DNA from: an uncultured Acidimicrobiales bacterium
GTDB lineage: Bacteria > Actinomycetota > Acidimicrobiia > Acidimicrobiales > CAWCAL01
Reading direction: 5' to 3'
DNA: 64,000 nucleotides
Assembly (NCBI GenBank): GCA_963695075.1
Contig: CAVOFR010000001.1
Coordinates: 134,724-198,723, forward strand
Shown piece by piece: positions 9,160-19,160 of the stretch. Each line of letters begins with the position of its first letter. The first letter of the stretch is position 1. The notes beneath the pieces were generated by a model, which saw nothing but the letters and a program-made list of their open reading frames with translations, was not told where the DNA came from and did no database searches. A program made the position numbers and the translations under genes.

Positions 9160-10511
9160 TCCGCCCCGAGCATGGCCGCCCCTGGCGCGCCGGCCTCGGG
9201 ACCGTACGGGTCCGCACGACGACCATCGCCGTGCTGGTCGTCGGTCTGGCGCTCGTCGTGGCATCGGTCGCGTTGCTGGTCGGCGTGCGTCGTTCCGTCG
9301 TCGATCGCGTCAGATCCAACGCCGAGCTACGAGCGGCCGACATCGTCACCGCCATCGACGCCGGTGTGCCGGCGGCTGACCTCGCTCTCGACGAGGGATC
9401 CGACCGCTTCATCCAGATCGTCGGATCCGACGGCGATGTCATCGCCGCGAGCCGAAGCGCCGCCGATGTCCAGTCACTGGCCGACCGGGCCGGGACCGAC
9501 GTGCAGCTCCCCTTCGGCGACGCTGACGATCGGTGGGTGGTTTTCGTCGACCGGCCCGCGACCGGCGACGTCGGCGCCGTGATCGTCGGCCGGGAGCTCG
9601 ACCCGGCACGGGAGACCTCCGGCACGCTGACCCTGCTCCTCGTGATCGTGGTTCCTGCCGTGCTCGCCGTGGTCGGGGTCACGACCTGGCAACTGACCGG
9701 CCGGGCCCTGGCGCCCGTCGACGCCATCCGACAGGAAGCCGACGAGATCAGCGCGACCGAGCTCTACCGGCGACTTCCCGAGCCGCACGGGGCAGACGAG
9801 ATCGCCCGCCTGGCCACCACCATGAACAACATGCTCGACAGGCTCGAACAGAGCCAGACCCGCCAACGTCGGCTCATCTCCGACGCCTCCCACGAGCTGC
9901 GATCCCCGGTCGCCTCCATCCGTCAACACACCGAGGTCGCCCTCACCCACCCCGGAGAAACGTCTCTCGACCAGCTCGCCGAGACCGTCTTCGCCGAGAG
10001 CCAACGGCTCGGCCACCTCGTGGACGATCTCATCCTCCTCGCCCGGGCCGACGAACGATCGCTGCCCGGAGGGCGCACCCCGGTCGACCTCGACGACGTG
10101 ATCTTCGCCCAGGCCGAGCACCTCCCCACGCGCCTCCTGGTCGACCGGACAGGGGTTTCGGCCGGCCAGGTCATCGGCGACCGCCGCCAACTGGAACGCG
10201 TCGTCCGCAACCTCGCCACCAACGCGGCCACCCACGCGACCGCGCGGATCGCCTTCGGACTCGCCGAGAGTGATGGTGACGTCGTCCTCACCGTCGACGA
10301 TGACGGCCCCGGGGTCGCACCCGCGGACCGGGGTCGCATCTTCGAACGGTTCGTCCGACTCGACGAGGCCCGCGACCGCGACCTGGGGGGGAGCGGACTC
10401 GGGCTCGCCATCGTCGACGAGGTCATCCGTGCCCACGACGGCCGCATCGCCGTGTCCGACTCGCCGCTCGGGGGCGCCCGCTTCGAGATCCGACTCCCGG
10501 CCGCTCCCTGA
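9156..10511 (+). CDS. HAMP-domain sensor histidine kinase
   Basis: Two TM helices, DASHELRSP H-box, NLATNA, DDGPG, FERF, GSGLGL; ATGA overlap with the regulator. Confidence 0.95.
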   Translation: MIRPEHGRPWRAGLGTVRVRTTTIAVLVVGLALVVASVALLVGVRRSVVDRVRSNAELRAADIVTAIDAGVPAADLALDEGSDRFIQIVGSDGDVIAASRSAADVQSLADRAGTDVQLPFGDADDRWVVFVDRPATGDVGAVIVGRELDPARETSGTLTLLLVIVVPAVLAVVGVTTWQLTGRALAPVDAIRQEADEISATELYRRLPEPHGADEIARLATTMNNMLDRLEQSQTRQRRLISDASHELRSPVASIRQHTEVALTHPGETSLDQLAETVFAESQRLGHLVDDLILLARADERSLPGGRTPVDLDDVIFAQAEHLPTRLLVDRTGVSAGQVIGDRRQLERVVRNLATNAATHATARIAFGLAESDGDVVLTVDDDGPGVAPADRGRIFERFVRLDEARDRDLGGSGLGLAIVDEVIRAHDGRIAVSDSPLGGARFEIRLPAAP

Positions 10512-10558
10512 CCCAACCCCGCACCGCTCGACCCGGCACCGCTCCAACCCCGCCCCAA

Positions 10559-10593
10559 CCGAAATCTGGTCCGTCACCGTCGGTTTCCGACGG
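10559..10593 (+). repeat. CCGAAATCTGG-family palindromic repeat, copy 3
   Basis: ccgaaatctggtccgtca-ccgtcgg-ttt-ccgacgg. Confidence 0.75.
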
Positions 10594-10625
10594 CTGGGTG
10601 AGGTTGGTAGGAGTACGTTCGGGTC

Positions 10626-11408
10626 ATGGCCTGGGTCGATGGTGTGCTGCTCGACATCGATGGGGTGTTGACGGTCGCATGGGAGGCCATCCCGGGAGCG
10701 TCCGAGGCACTCGTCGAGGTGAGGGACCGGGGGGTCCCCCTCCGATTCGTCACCAACACCACCTCCCGGACCCGGTCCGAGATCTCCGTGCTGCTGCGGA
10801 AGGCGGGCTTCGCGGCCGACGTCGAGGAGATCTTGACGGCGCCGGCCGCGACGGCGGCGTATCTCCGCGCCAACCATCCGGGGGGACGGTGTTTCGTCCT
10901 GACCAGCGGAGACGTGAGTGCCGATCTGATCGGGGTGGAGCTCGTCACCGAGGGCCCGGCCGACGTGGTCGTGATCGGCGGGGCCGGCATGGTGTTCACC
11001 CACGACCAGCTCAACCACGCCTTCCGCCTGCTCCTCGACGGTGCAGGTTTCGTCGCCATGCATCGCAACATCTACTGGCGAACCGCCGACGGGTTGTCCC
11101 TCGACAGCGGCGCCTACGTCATGGCCCTCGAGGCGGCGACCGGCCTCCGGGCGGTGGTGGTCGGCAAGCCGGCCCCGGAGTTCTTCGGCTCGGCGCTCGA
11201 AGCCCTCGGCCTACCGAAGGAGAGGGTCGCCATGGTCGGTGACGACATCGTCAACGACGTTCTCGGCGCCCAGACCGCCGGGCTGCACGGCGTGCTCGTC
11301 CGGACCGGAAAGTACCGCCGGGATGCCGTCGAGTCGGCCGATGGCCGGCCCGAGGTGATCATCGACTCGGTGGCGGACCTCCCCGAGCTCCTCCGCCGGG
11401 GTCCCTAG
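10626..11408 (+). CDS. HAD-IIA family hydrolase (LHPP/HDHD2-like)
   Basis: LLDIDGVL, VTNTT, GKP, MVGDDIVNDV, VRTGKY; TACGTT-N6-ATG. Confidence 0.92.
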   Translation: MAWVDGVLLDIDGVLTVAWEAIPGASEALVEVRDRGVPLRFVTNTTSRTRSEISVLLRKAGFAADVEEILTAPAATAAYLRANHPGGRCFVLTSGDVSADLIGVELVTEGPADVVVIGGAGMVFTHDQLNHAFRLLLDGAGFVAMHRNIYWRTADGLSLDSGAYVMALEAATGLRAVVVGKPAPEFFGSALEALGLPKERVAMVGDDIVNDVLGAQTAGLHGVLVRTGKYRRDAVESADGRPEVIIDSVADLPELLRRGP

Positions 11409-11448
11409 CCGAAATCTGGTCCCGGGCCGTCGCTCTGCGGTGGTTCGG
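11409..11448 (+). repeat. CCGAAATCTGG-family palindromic repeat, copy 4
   Basis: ccgaaatctggtcc begins immediately after the TAG stop; degenerate inner stem. Confidence 0.65.
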
Positions 11449-11458
11449 CGCGCCTTGT

Positions 11459-12025
11459 TCAGGGTGCCCGCGGGCGGTCCGGACTCACGGCCACGATCCA
11501 GGCCACGCCGTCCGCCTCGCCGTCGGCCAGGACGTCCAGGTCGGCGCAAACCCTCCGCAACTCACCCCGACGGGCCCGGAACCGGCCCGGCTCGGCGCCG
11601 ACCTCGCTCAGTACGGCGACGGCCAGCATCCCGCCGGGCGCCAGGCGCTCCACGAGAGAGCCGTACAGGTCCGGGTCCCGGAAGCGATTGCACAAGACCA
11701 GGTCGGTGGGCCGGCCATCGGGGAGACCATCGTCGAGGTCGACCACGTCGAAGTGGCAGCGGTCGGCGACCCGATGCCGAGCTGCCAGCTCAGAGCCGCG
11801 GGCGACGGCCACGGGCGACACGTCGAGGCCCCGCACTTCCATCCCACGGAGCGCGAGCCACACCGCGCTGTGGCCCGTTCCGCACGCGAGGTCGAGGGCG
11901 CCGCCTCGGGTCGGGAAAAGGTGCTCGACGGCACCGAAGGGCGACGGGGGGCCCGGCACTTCATCGGGGGTCGCCGTCTGCGCGCGGTACCGAGCATCCC
12001 AGCGTCGGCGGTCGTCCTCGCTCAC
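11459..12025 (-). CDS. class I SAM-dependent methyltransferase (TehB-like)
   Basis: RRWDARY, ALDLACGTG, LAPGG; TACGGT-N7-GTG. Confidence 0.85.
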   Translation of the reverse strand: MSEDDRRRWDARYRAQTATPDEVPGPPSPFGAVEHLFPTRGGALDLACGTGHSAVWLALRGMEVRGLDVSPVAVARGSELAARHRVADRCHFDVVDLDDGLPDGRPTDLVLCNRFRDPDLYGSLVERLAPGGMLAVAVLSEVGAEPGRFRARRGELRRVCADLDVLADGEADGVAWIVAVSPDRPRAP

Positions 12026-12062
12026 CGGTCACACCGTAGGCCCTCGTGACATGTCACCAGAT

Positions 12063-12121
12063 CCGCCGAACTTTGTGCGCTGGCTTGCACATCGGTACTG
12101 CCAGAGCACAAAGTTCGGCGG
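12063..12121. repeat. palindromic repeat, CCGAACTTTG variant
   Basis: Perfect 16-bp arms ccgccgaactttgtgc / gcacaaagttcggcgg; the 53-bp core matches 57438-57490 in length and termini. Confidence 0.75.
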
Positions 12122-12127
12122 TCGGGC

Positions 12128-12901
12128 TCAGAAGCCGAACAGCTCGGTGATGCCGTGGTCCCGTCCGGCGGTGTATCCGCCATCGACCGCCAGGGCCTGG
12201 CCCGAGATGAACGATGCCTCAGGTGAGAGGAGGAAGGTCGCCGTGGTCGCGATCTCGTCGGGCCGCCCGAAGCGGCGGAGCTTGTGCTCCCGCTCGGTGA
12301 GGCGACGGGGCTCTTCGAGCCCTTCCATCGCCCAGACCGAGGCCAGGAGCGGGGTGTCGATGAACCCCGGACAGATGGCGTTGGCCCGGATGCCGACGGC
12401 GCCGTAGTCGATGCAGATGTTCTTGGTGAGGAGGATCACGCCGCCCTTGGAGGCGTTGTACGCACTGCCCCCGGCCGTCGCTTCGAGCCCCTCGACGCTG
12501 GCGATCGTGACGATCGAGCCCCGTTCCTCATCGATCGGATCCTGTTCGAGCATGGCGGCGGCGGCATGTTTGCAGCCGAGGAAAGTGCCGGTCAGGTTGA
12601 CGTCGATCACGCGCCGCCACTCCGACTGATCCATCGAGCTGACCGGACCACCGCCGGCTATGCCCGCCGCCGTCACCAGGCCGTCGAGGCGGCCGTGGTC
12701 GGCGACCACCGAATCGATCAGCGCCTTCGTCGCTGCCTCGTCGGCGACGTCCAGCGCGATGATGTCGTCGCGGCCCTCGGGGATGGCGATGTCGCTGCGG
12801 ACAGCGGTGCCGCCCTCGGCTTCCACCCGGTCGGCACAGGCGGCGCCGATGCCACTCGCGGCGCCGGTGATCAGCACCACCTTGCCGTTGAGCTTGCCCA
12901 T
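12128..12901 (-). CDS. SDR family NAD(P)-dependent oxidoreductase
   Basis: [29 protein letters not shown]. Confidence 0.93.
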   Translation of the reverse strand: MGKLNGKVVLITGAASGIGAACADRVEAEGGTAVRSDIAIPEGRDDIIALDVADEAATKALIDSVVADHGRLDGLVTAAGIAGGGPVSSMDQSEWRRVIDVNLTGTFLGCKHAAAAMLEQDPIDEERGSIVTIASVEGLEATAGGSAYNASKGGVILLTKNICIDYGAVGIRANAICPGFIDTPLLASVWAMEGLEEPRRLTEREHKLRRFGRPDEIATTATFLLSPEASFISGQALAVDGGYTAGRDHGITELFGF

Positions 12902-13005
12902 GGTTGTCTCCCGTTCGGCGTCCGTCTCGCCCGCGATCGGTACGGGTCTATCAGATCGAAATCGCTGCGTCCGCGGGGGTGCCCACCGCAGTAGCGTCTG
13001 GTGAC

Positions 13006-13896
13006 GTGGCTCGGGTCATCGTGGTCGGATCGGTCAACGTCGACCTCGTCGTCGTGGGTGCAGAGCTACCCACTCCTGGTGCCACCGTGACCGGCGGCCG
13101 CTTCAGTCGGACCCATGGCGGCAAGGGCGGCAACCAGGCCGCTGCGGCCGCTCGTCTCGGGGCCGAGACGGTGATCGTCGGCGCGGTCGGCGACGACGAG
13201 TACGGAGTCGATGCCCGCGCCGCGCTCGAGCACGTGGGCGTCGATTGCCGTCACCTGGCCCGAACCGGCTCCGCCACCGGCATCGCGCTCGTGATGGTCG
13301 ACGCGGCCGGCGAGAATCTGATCTCCGTCGCCCCCGGCGCCAACCGTGATCTTCAGATCGGACCTGTGGCAGGCATCGTTGCATCGGAGACCGAGCGGGG
13401 TGACGTGATGCTGCTCGGTCTGGAGATCCCCATGCCCGTCGCAGTCGCCGCGGCCCGGGCCGGCGCTGCGGCCGGGGCGAGGGTCGTGCTCGATCCCGCA
13501 CCGTTTCGGCCCCTGTCCGGAGCACTCCTGCAGACATGCCATGTCGTTACGCCGAACGAGGGCGAGGCCACCTCTGCGGGAGGGGCCGAGGCACTTCTTG
13601 CGGCGGGGGCCGACGCGGTCGTCGTGACGCTCGGCGATCGGGGAGCGACGCTCCATACCCTCGGAGCAGATCCACTCCACCGCCCGCCACATCCTGTCGA
13701 CGCCGTCGACGCCACCGGGGCGGGCGACGCCTTCGCTGCGGCCCTGGCCGTCGAACTGGCCCGCGGCTGCGCACTGGCGGACGCGGTGAGCGTGGCCAAC
13801 GCAGCCGGTGCTCTGGCGACGCGGGCGGTCGGAGCGCGTTCGGGTAACCCGACCCGACCCGAGGTGGAGCGCCTGCTCGCGGGCCGCGAATCCTGA
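13006..13896 (+). CDS. ribokinase / PfkB family sugar kinase
   Basis: [29 protein letters not shown]. Confidence 0.9.
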   Translation: MARVIVVGSVNVDLVVVGAELPTPGATVTGGRFSRTHGGKGGNQAAAAARLGAETVIVGAVGDDEYGVDARAALEHVGVDCRHLARTGSATGIALVMVDAAGENLISVAPGANRDLQIGPVAGIVASETERGDVMLLGLEIPMPVAVAAARAGAAAGARVVLDPAPFRPLSGALLQTCHVVTPNEGEATSAGGAEALLAAGADAVVVTLGDRGATLHTLGADPLHRPPHPVDAVDATGAGDAFAAALAVELARGCALADAVSVANAAGALATRAVGARSGNPTRPEVERLLAGRES

Positions 13897-13918
13897 GCCG
13901 GACCGCGGTCGTCGACGA

Positions 13919-14863
13919 TCAGGAGACGCGGAACCGGCTGATCTGGATGTCGCTGGTTCCCAGGTCGCGATAGTTGTCGCCGGCGCGGCCCTTCATGAGG
14001 TCTCGCCAAGGGAACGGTCGGTAGCGGGGAGCGCCGTCGGCCAGCTGGTCGAGCGGGGCGATCACCGCGTCGCGGGCCGGGTTGAAGAAGTACGGGATAC
14101 TGAAGCGGCCGCGCTCGTGCATGGGAACGACCCTGTGGACAGCCGCTCGATACCGGTCGTTGGTCCAGACCTGCATGATGTCGCCGAGGTTCACCACGAT
14201 CGTCCCGGGCCGAGGAGGCACGTCGATCCACTCCGACGAGCGGGTTGCCGTCTGCAGGCCACCGGTGTCGTCCTGGAGTAGGAGCGTGATCACCCCGGGG
14301 TCGGTGTGGTCGCCGAGGGCGTTGTCGCCCAGGTCGGCCAGGCCGATTCGATCCGACGGGGCGACCGGATCGCCGACCGGATAGTGATTGAGCCGCACCG
14401 TGCTGCTCCCACGGTCGCCGACACCGCCCGCCACCGGATCTCCGGAGAGCCCGAGCGCCCGATGGATCATGGCAACCACCTCGGGGGCCAGTGCCGACAT
14501 CGCCTCGAAGTACTCAGCCATTGTCGTCCTGAACCCGGTGAGGCCTTCCGGCCACCGATTGAGCTCGCCTTCGGAAGGCAAGGCGGGATCGATGAAGTCG
14601 AATACCTCTTTGTGGTCCCGCAGGCGTTTCGTGAGCTCGCGGTCGAAGTAGCCGAGCGGGTTCTTCTCGGACCGGACGATGCGTTGACGCACCGATCGGT
14701 CAGCCGAGAAGAAGCGACGGCAATCTGCCCAGGTCCGGTCGATCAGGTCGTCGAGGCCGTGACCGGCGATGAGGAAGAACCCGTGTGCTCGACCGGCCCG
14801 GTCGAGGGCTTCAAGCGACGTGGCCGACGGGTCGCGCAGATCGACCGTGGGGACGAACTCCAT
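13919..14863 (-). CDS. 2-oxoglutarate/Fe(II) oxygenase (IPNS-like)
   Basis: PTVDL, GFF, RLNHYP, HTD...HRV, RFS; TAGCGT-N7-ATG. Confidence 0.9.
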   Translation of the reverse strand: MEFVPTVDLRDPSATSLEALDRAGRAHGFFLIAGHGLDDLIDRTWADCRRFFSADRSVRQRIVRSEKNPLGYFDRELTKRLRDHKEVFDFIDPALPSEGELNRWPEGLTGFRTTMAEYFEAMSALAPEVVAMIHRALGLSGDPVAGGVGDRGSSTVRLNHYPVGDPVAPSDRIGLADLGDNALGDHTDPGVITLLLQDDTGGLQTATRSSEWIDVPPRPGTIVVNLGDIMQVWTNDRYRAAVHRVVPMHERGRFSIPYFFNPARDAVIAPLDQLADGAPRYRPFPWRDLMKGRAGDNYRDLGTSDIQISRFRVS

Positions 14864-14910
14864 GGGCCCGACGCTATCCCCACCGCTGGGTCGACTCGCG
14901 CCGGCGGGCG

Positions 14911-16722
14911 CTATGGAAGGTGCAGGGCCAGCAGGTGGGCGGGGGCCCCGAAGCCGACGGGAATCACGATGAGGTCTCCCGCGATCGCCGGCCATCCGTT
15001 GATGCCGCCGTCGGCCTGCATCGACCACACCTCGTAGCCCGTCTCGCGGTCGAGAGCGAGGATCAGACCGTTCAGGGTGGAGGTCAAGACCAGGTCGTTG
15101 ACGACGGTCATGGCGCCGACCACGTCCCCATCGATCCGGCGATCCCACAGGACCGTTCCGTCACCCGCATCGACGGCCACGACGTTGCTGGGCATGACCC
15201 CGACATCGGTACCGAACCCGGTGCTGGACTCGTCCGGTGCGTAGGTGATCGGTGCGTTGATCATCGCTACGTAGGCCACTCCCTCGGCGAAGGCGATCGG
15301 CGTGGCCACGCCGCCGAGCCCGCCGGGAAGCACGCTCATCGCTTCGTCGAGCTCGACGACCCCGTCGTTCTCGTGGCTTCCGACGCTCCTCGACCACAGC
15401 TCTTCACCCGATGTGGGATCGAGCCCGAACACGATTCCACCCTTGCCGGCGGTGACGAGCATCGGACGAGCATCGTCACCCGTTCCCACCCGGCCCAGGG
15501 CCGCGTGGACGTGATCGCGGTCGAACAGATCGTGGGGGAACGGTTGATGGCCCCAGGCGAGCTCGCCGGTTTCGCCGTCCAGCGCCACCGTCGAGCTCGT
15601 CCACCGATTGTCGCCGGGACGGCTCGTGGCGTTGGGGAAGCCTTCCGCCCCGGGGAACGGGTAGGGATTCCCGACACCGAAGTAGATCGTGTTGGTGTCG
15701 GGGTCGACGGCCGGCGGGTACCAGGCTCCGCCCCCGCTGTTGACGTCGGGGTGGCCCCACAGGTCGGGTGACTCGATCGTGTCGAACTCCCAGACGACCG
15801 CTCCGGTCGCCTCGTCGAGCGCGGTGATGGTTCCCCGGACCCCGGCCGGGAAGCCCGACGTCGCACCCAGGACCAGCCCGTCGTGGACCGAGGTCTGTAT
15901 GTTCACCTGGCCGCCGTTGGCCGTGATGTCCGTGGCCCAGATCTCCTCACCCGATTCGACGTCATAGGCGGCGATGTACTGCCCCGGTCCGCTCTCGCCG
16001 GTCTTGGTCCCGAACACCTTGCCCCATCCCACGGCGACGCCCGTGGGTCCGAACAGGGACCCCGTCGGACCGGCGGTCCAGAGCCCGCTCCCGGTGTCGC
16101 GGTCGACGGCGTGCACCACGCCGCTGTTGTCCTCGAGGAAGATGTCGTCGCCGAGAATGAGCGGAGTCGTCGACGCAGCACCGAACGTGCCCGAGTTGGG
16201 GAGCTCGTAGCGCCACGCCTCCTCCAAGTCGGCGACCGTGCTGCTGTCGATTGCCGTGTCGAACGTCGATCGGCTGTTGGCGTGGTCCCGGTTAGGCAGG
16301 GGCCAGTCGGCCGCGTGGTCGATGATCTCCGGCGGTGCGCCGTGGGTCGTCCGTTGATCGGCCGTCGGCTGACCGCCCGGATCCGCTGGTGCGGTCGAGT
16401 GCAGGTCGGAGCGGACGAAGGTGACGATGGCGTCGATCGCCTCGGCTGAGAGCTCGTCTCCGAAGCCGCTCATCTGGGAGTTGCCGTCGGAGACAACGAG
16501 GGCCATCTCGTCGAAGGTGTAGTCGTCGTTCGCGGCACCGTCGGCGATCGCCGGACCGACGGCACCGGATCCATCGGCAGCGTGGCAGGTCGAGCAGTTC
16601 TCCGCGAAGAGCCTGGCGCCGTCCGATCTGGTGTCGGACCGCGCGCCCACGCTCTCGCCGCCCGAAGAACAGGCGGCCGAGACGATCAGCAGTCCGGTAG
16701 CCGCCAGCCGACCGATGGTCAT
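14911..16722 (-). CDS. lipoprotein quinohemoprotein: cytochrome c + PQQ beta-propeller (PVA dehydrogenase-like)
   Basis: Lipobox SAAC, CSTCH heme motif, W-containing PQQ propeller repeats, SGGGAW, GVGN, HDLFD. Confidence 0.8.
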   Translation of the reverse strand: MTIGRLAATGLLIVSAACSSGGESVGARSDTRSDGARLFAENCSTCHAADGSGAVGPAIADGAANDDYTFDEMALVVSDGNSQMSGFGDELSAEAIDAIVTFVRSDLHSTAPADPGGQPTADQRTTHGAPPEIIDHAADWPLPNRDHANSRSTFDTAIDSSTVADLEEAWRYELPNSGTFGAASTTPLILGDDIFLEDNSGVVHAVDRDTGSGLWTAGPTGSLFGPTGVAVGWGKVFGTKTGESGPGQYIAAYDVESGEEIWATDITANGGQVNIQTSVHDGLVLGATSGFPAGVRGTITALDEATGAVVWEFDTIESPDLWGHPDVNSGGGAWYPPAVDPDTNTIYFGVGNPYPFPGAEGFPNATSRPGDNRWTSSTVALDGETGELAWGHQPFPHDLFDRDHVHAALGRVGTGDDARPMLVTAGKGGIVFGLDPTSGEELWSRSVGSHENDGVVELDEAMSVLPGGLGGVATPIAFAEGVAYVAMINAPITYAPDESSTGFGTDVGVMPSNVVAVDAGDGTVLWDRRIDGDVVGAMTVVNDLVLTSTLNGLILALDRETGYEVWSMQADGGINGWPAIAGDLIVIPVGFGAPAHLLALHLP

Positions 16723-17678
16723 GCGCCGCCCTCCCGGATGAATGCGTCCGTCGAGCAGTCGAGGGGCGCCGGGGTGAGGCCGAGCTCGACCGGTCCCGAA
16801 GAACCCTTCGGGTGTGAGGCCAGGAGCTCGGCCCAGTACGGCGTGGCGTGGGTGATCCAGATGTGACCGGCGTCCTCGGTGCACGCCACCTGCCGGACGG
16901 CGGGTTGCGCGTCGTAGTACTGCGATGCCAGCGAGGCGTCGGCGACGAACTCGACCGTGACGCAGCCCGGTTCGTCACCGAATTCGGCGCCCATCCGGCC
17001 GTCGGGGCAGCCGGTCCACACGTCGGTGTCGCCTCCCCAGGTGACGACGACGACCATGTCGTCGAGGGGTATGGGGTCGCCGGGCGAGGTGAGGATGAAG
17101 TTGCCTGACCCGACGATGCCCCCGGCGAACAGGTACGAATGGCGCTGCAGGAGGTAGTTGACCATCGTCCCACCGATCGAGATGCCACCGACGAAGATGC
17201 GGTCCCTGTCGATCGGGTGGCGGGCGGCCAGACACTCGATCAGTTCGACGATGAACGTCGCATCCGGATTGGGTTGGGTCTGTTCAGGGGTGCGCAAGGC
17301 GTCCCACGGTTCCCAGATCACGCCGTTGCCGTTCCGCACCGGTGCGACCACCATCCAGCCATCGTCGGGCAGCCGGTCGATGCCGGACTGCTCCATGAAC
17401 GCAACCTCCTCCTGCACGGTTCCGGTGAGGGAGACGAACAGGGGCACGGGCTCCGACGCATCACCGTTGGGCAGGAGGAGGTGGAACGATCGGTCCTGGC
17501 CGGCCGATGCGAAACCCTCGTGGGTTCCCGCCTCGGGCGCGTCCTCGTCGAAACCGTTCGGGCAGTCGGTGGGGTCCCGGGCGGCGCCCTGCTCCGGCCC
17601 GGCGGAGTCGCTGCACGCCGCCGACAGGAGAGCGACCACCATGAGAAGCGGGATGAGGATCCTGCTGCCGTCAGGCAT
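16719..17678 (-). CDS. lipoprotein serine hydrolase (oxidized-PVA hydrolase / PHB depolymerase-like)
   Basis: Lipobox LSAAC, GGISIGGTM, TWGGDTD, AC...GHIW; ATGA overlap with the downstream gene. Confidence 0.75.
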   Translation of the reverse strand: MPDGSRILIPLLMVVALLSAACSDSAGPEQGAARDPTDCPNGFDEDAPEAGTHEGFASAGQDRSFHLLLPNGDASEPVPLFVSLTGTVQEEVAFMEQSGIDRLPDDGWMVVAPVRNGNGVIWEPWDALRTPEQTQPNPDATFIVELIECLAARHPIDRDRIFVGGISIGGTMVNYLLQRHSYLFAGGIVGSGNFILTSPGDPIPLDDMVVVVTWGGDTDVWTGCPDGRMGAEFGDEPGCVTVEFVADASLASQYYDAQPAVRQVACTEDAGHIWITHATPYWAELLASHPKGSSGPVELGLTPAPLDCSTDAFIREGGA

Positions 17679-19050
17679 CGATCGGCTCGAAGCGGGCTCC
17701 GAAATGGCGAAGGGGCCGGGGCGGGCTGGTGATGCGGTAGCCACCGAGCTCGTCCGCACGCTCGGCCACCTCGAGGCAGACCTCGATGACGTAGTCGATG
17801 TGGCTCTGCGTGTACGTGCGGCGAGGGACCGCGAGTCTGACGAGCTCCATCGTCGCGGGTTGTTCGGTTCCGTCGGGCTGGAGCCCGAACATGACCGAGC
17901 CGATCTCACATCCCCGGACACCACCTGCCTCGTACAGCGCCACGGCAAGGGAATGACCGGGATACTCGAGTGGCGGGATGTGGGAGAGCAGGGAGCCGGC
18001 ATCGATGTAGACGGCATGCCCGCCGATCGGCTGCACGACCGGGATCCCCGCATCGGCCAGGGCATTGCCGAGGTAGGCCGTCGAGCGGATGCGGTAGCGG
18101 AGGTAGTCATGGGACACGGCTTCGCGCAGGCCTTGGGCGAGAGCATCGAGATCGCGGCCGGCCAACCCGCCATAGGTCGGGAATCCCTCGGCCAGGATCA
18201 GCAACGTACGGCATTGCTCGGCCAGCGCTTCATCGCGCATCGCCAGCCAGCCGCCGATGTTGCCGAGCGGGTCCTTCTTCGCGCTCATCGTCATGCCGTC
18301 GGCCAAGGCGGCGATCTCTCGAACGATGTCGCGCACCTCGCGGTCGCCCTGTCCGGCCTCACGTTCTCGGATGAGCCAGGCGTTCTCCGCGAATCGGCAC
18401 ACGTCGAGGAACAGGGGGACGCCGTGGTCGTCGCAGACCTCGCGCACCGCCCGGAGGTTCCCGAGTGAGACGGGCTGGCCGCCCCCGGAGTTGTTCGTGA
18501 TCGTGACGAAGACGACGGGGACGGTCTCGGGGCCGTGCTCGGCCAACAGGCGGGCCAGTCCGTCGACATCCATGTTTCCCTTGAAGGGATGACGCGACGC
18601 GGGGTCGCGACCTTCGGGTATCACCAGGTCCACCGCTGTCGCCCCGGTGTACTCCACGTTGGCGCGCGTCGTGTCGAAGTGCGTGTTGTTCGGAACGATC
18701 TTGCCCTCGCCCCCGATCGCCGTGAACAGGATCTTCTCAGCGGCCCGTCCCTGGTGGGTCGGGATCACGTGCTCGAACGGGAACAGGTCCTGAACGCTCT
18801 CGAGGAATCGGAACCACGAGGGCGAGCCGGCGTAGCTCTCGTCGCCGCGCTGGATCGCGGCCCACTGATCCCGGGACATCGCGCCCGTGCCCGAGTCGGT
18901 CAGCAGGTCGATGAGTACATCCTCGGCCCTGAGCGAAAACAGGTTGTGGCCGGCCTCGGCCAGCGCGGCTCGCCGATGATCCGGCGTGGTCATGACCAGC
19001 GGCTCGACCGAGTGGATGCGGAACGGCTCGATGATCGTCCGGAAGGGCAT
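17671..19050 (-). CDS. tnaA: tryptophanase
   Basis: EPFRI, IDLLTDSGT, HQGRAAE, HFDTT, SAKKD (PLP Lys), YGGL; EIG and LRHF favour tryptophanase over tyrosine phenol-lyase. Confidence 0.85.
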   Translation of the reverse strand: MPFRTIIEPFRIHSVEPLVMTTPDHRRAALAEAGHNLFSLRAEDVLIDLLTDSGTGAMSRDQWAAIQRGDESYAGSPSWFRFLESVQDLFPFEHVIPTHQGRAAEKILFTAIGGEGKIVPNNTHFDTTRANVEYTGATAVDLVIPEGRDPASRHPFKGNMDVDGLARLLAEHGPETVPVVFVTITNNSGGGQPVSLGNLRAVREVCDDHGVPLFLDVCRFAENAWLIREREAGQGDREVRDIVREIAALADGMTMSAKKDPLGNIGGWLAMRDEALAEQCRTLLILAEGFPTYGGLAGRDLDALAQGLREAVSHDYLRYRIRSTAYLGNALADAGIPVVQPIGGHAVYIDAGSLLSHIPPLEYPGHSLAVALYEAGGVRGCEIGSVMFGLQPDGTEQPATMELVRLAVPRRTYTQSHIDYVIEVCLEVAERADELGGYRITSPPRPLRHFGARFEPIDA

Positions 19051-19160
19051 CGACCCATGATGCTCCAAGACAGGCCGGGGCGTTCGGCTCATCGGACGAG
19101 CCGAGGGACGCGATGCAGGACGCCGGCCTGACCGGCGGCTGGGCCGAGCGGTCCTGCCGG

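Noticed and set aside
10513-10560. C-rich ~15-bp tandem repeat after the histidine kinase
   Set aside because: Two to three degenerate low-complexity units with no evident function.
977-11448. Recurrent ccgaaatctggtcc motif as a CRISPR repeat
   Set aside because: Copies are dispersed by kilobases, with no regular spacers and no cas genes.
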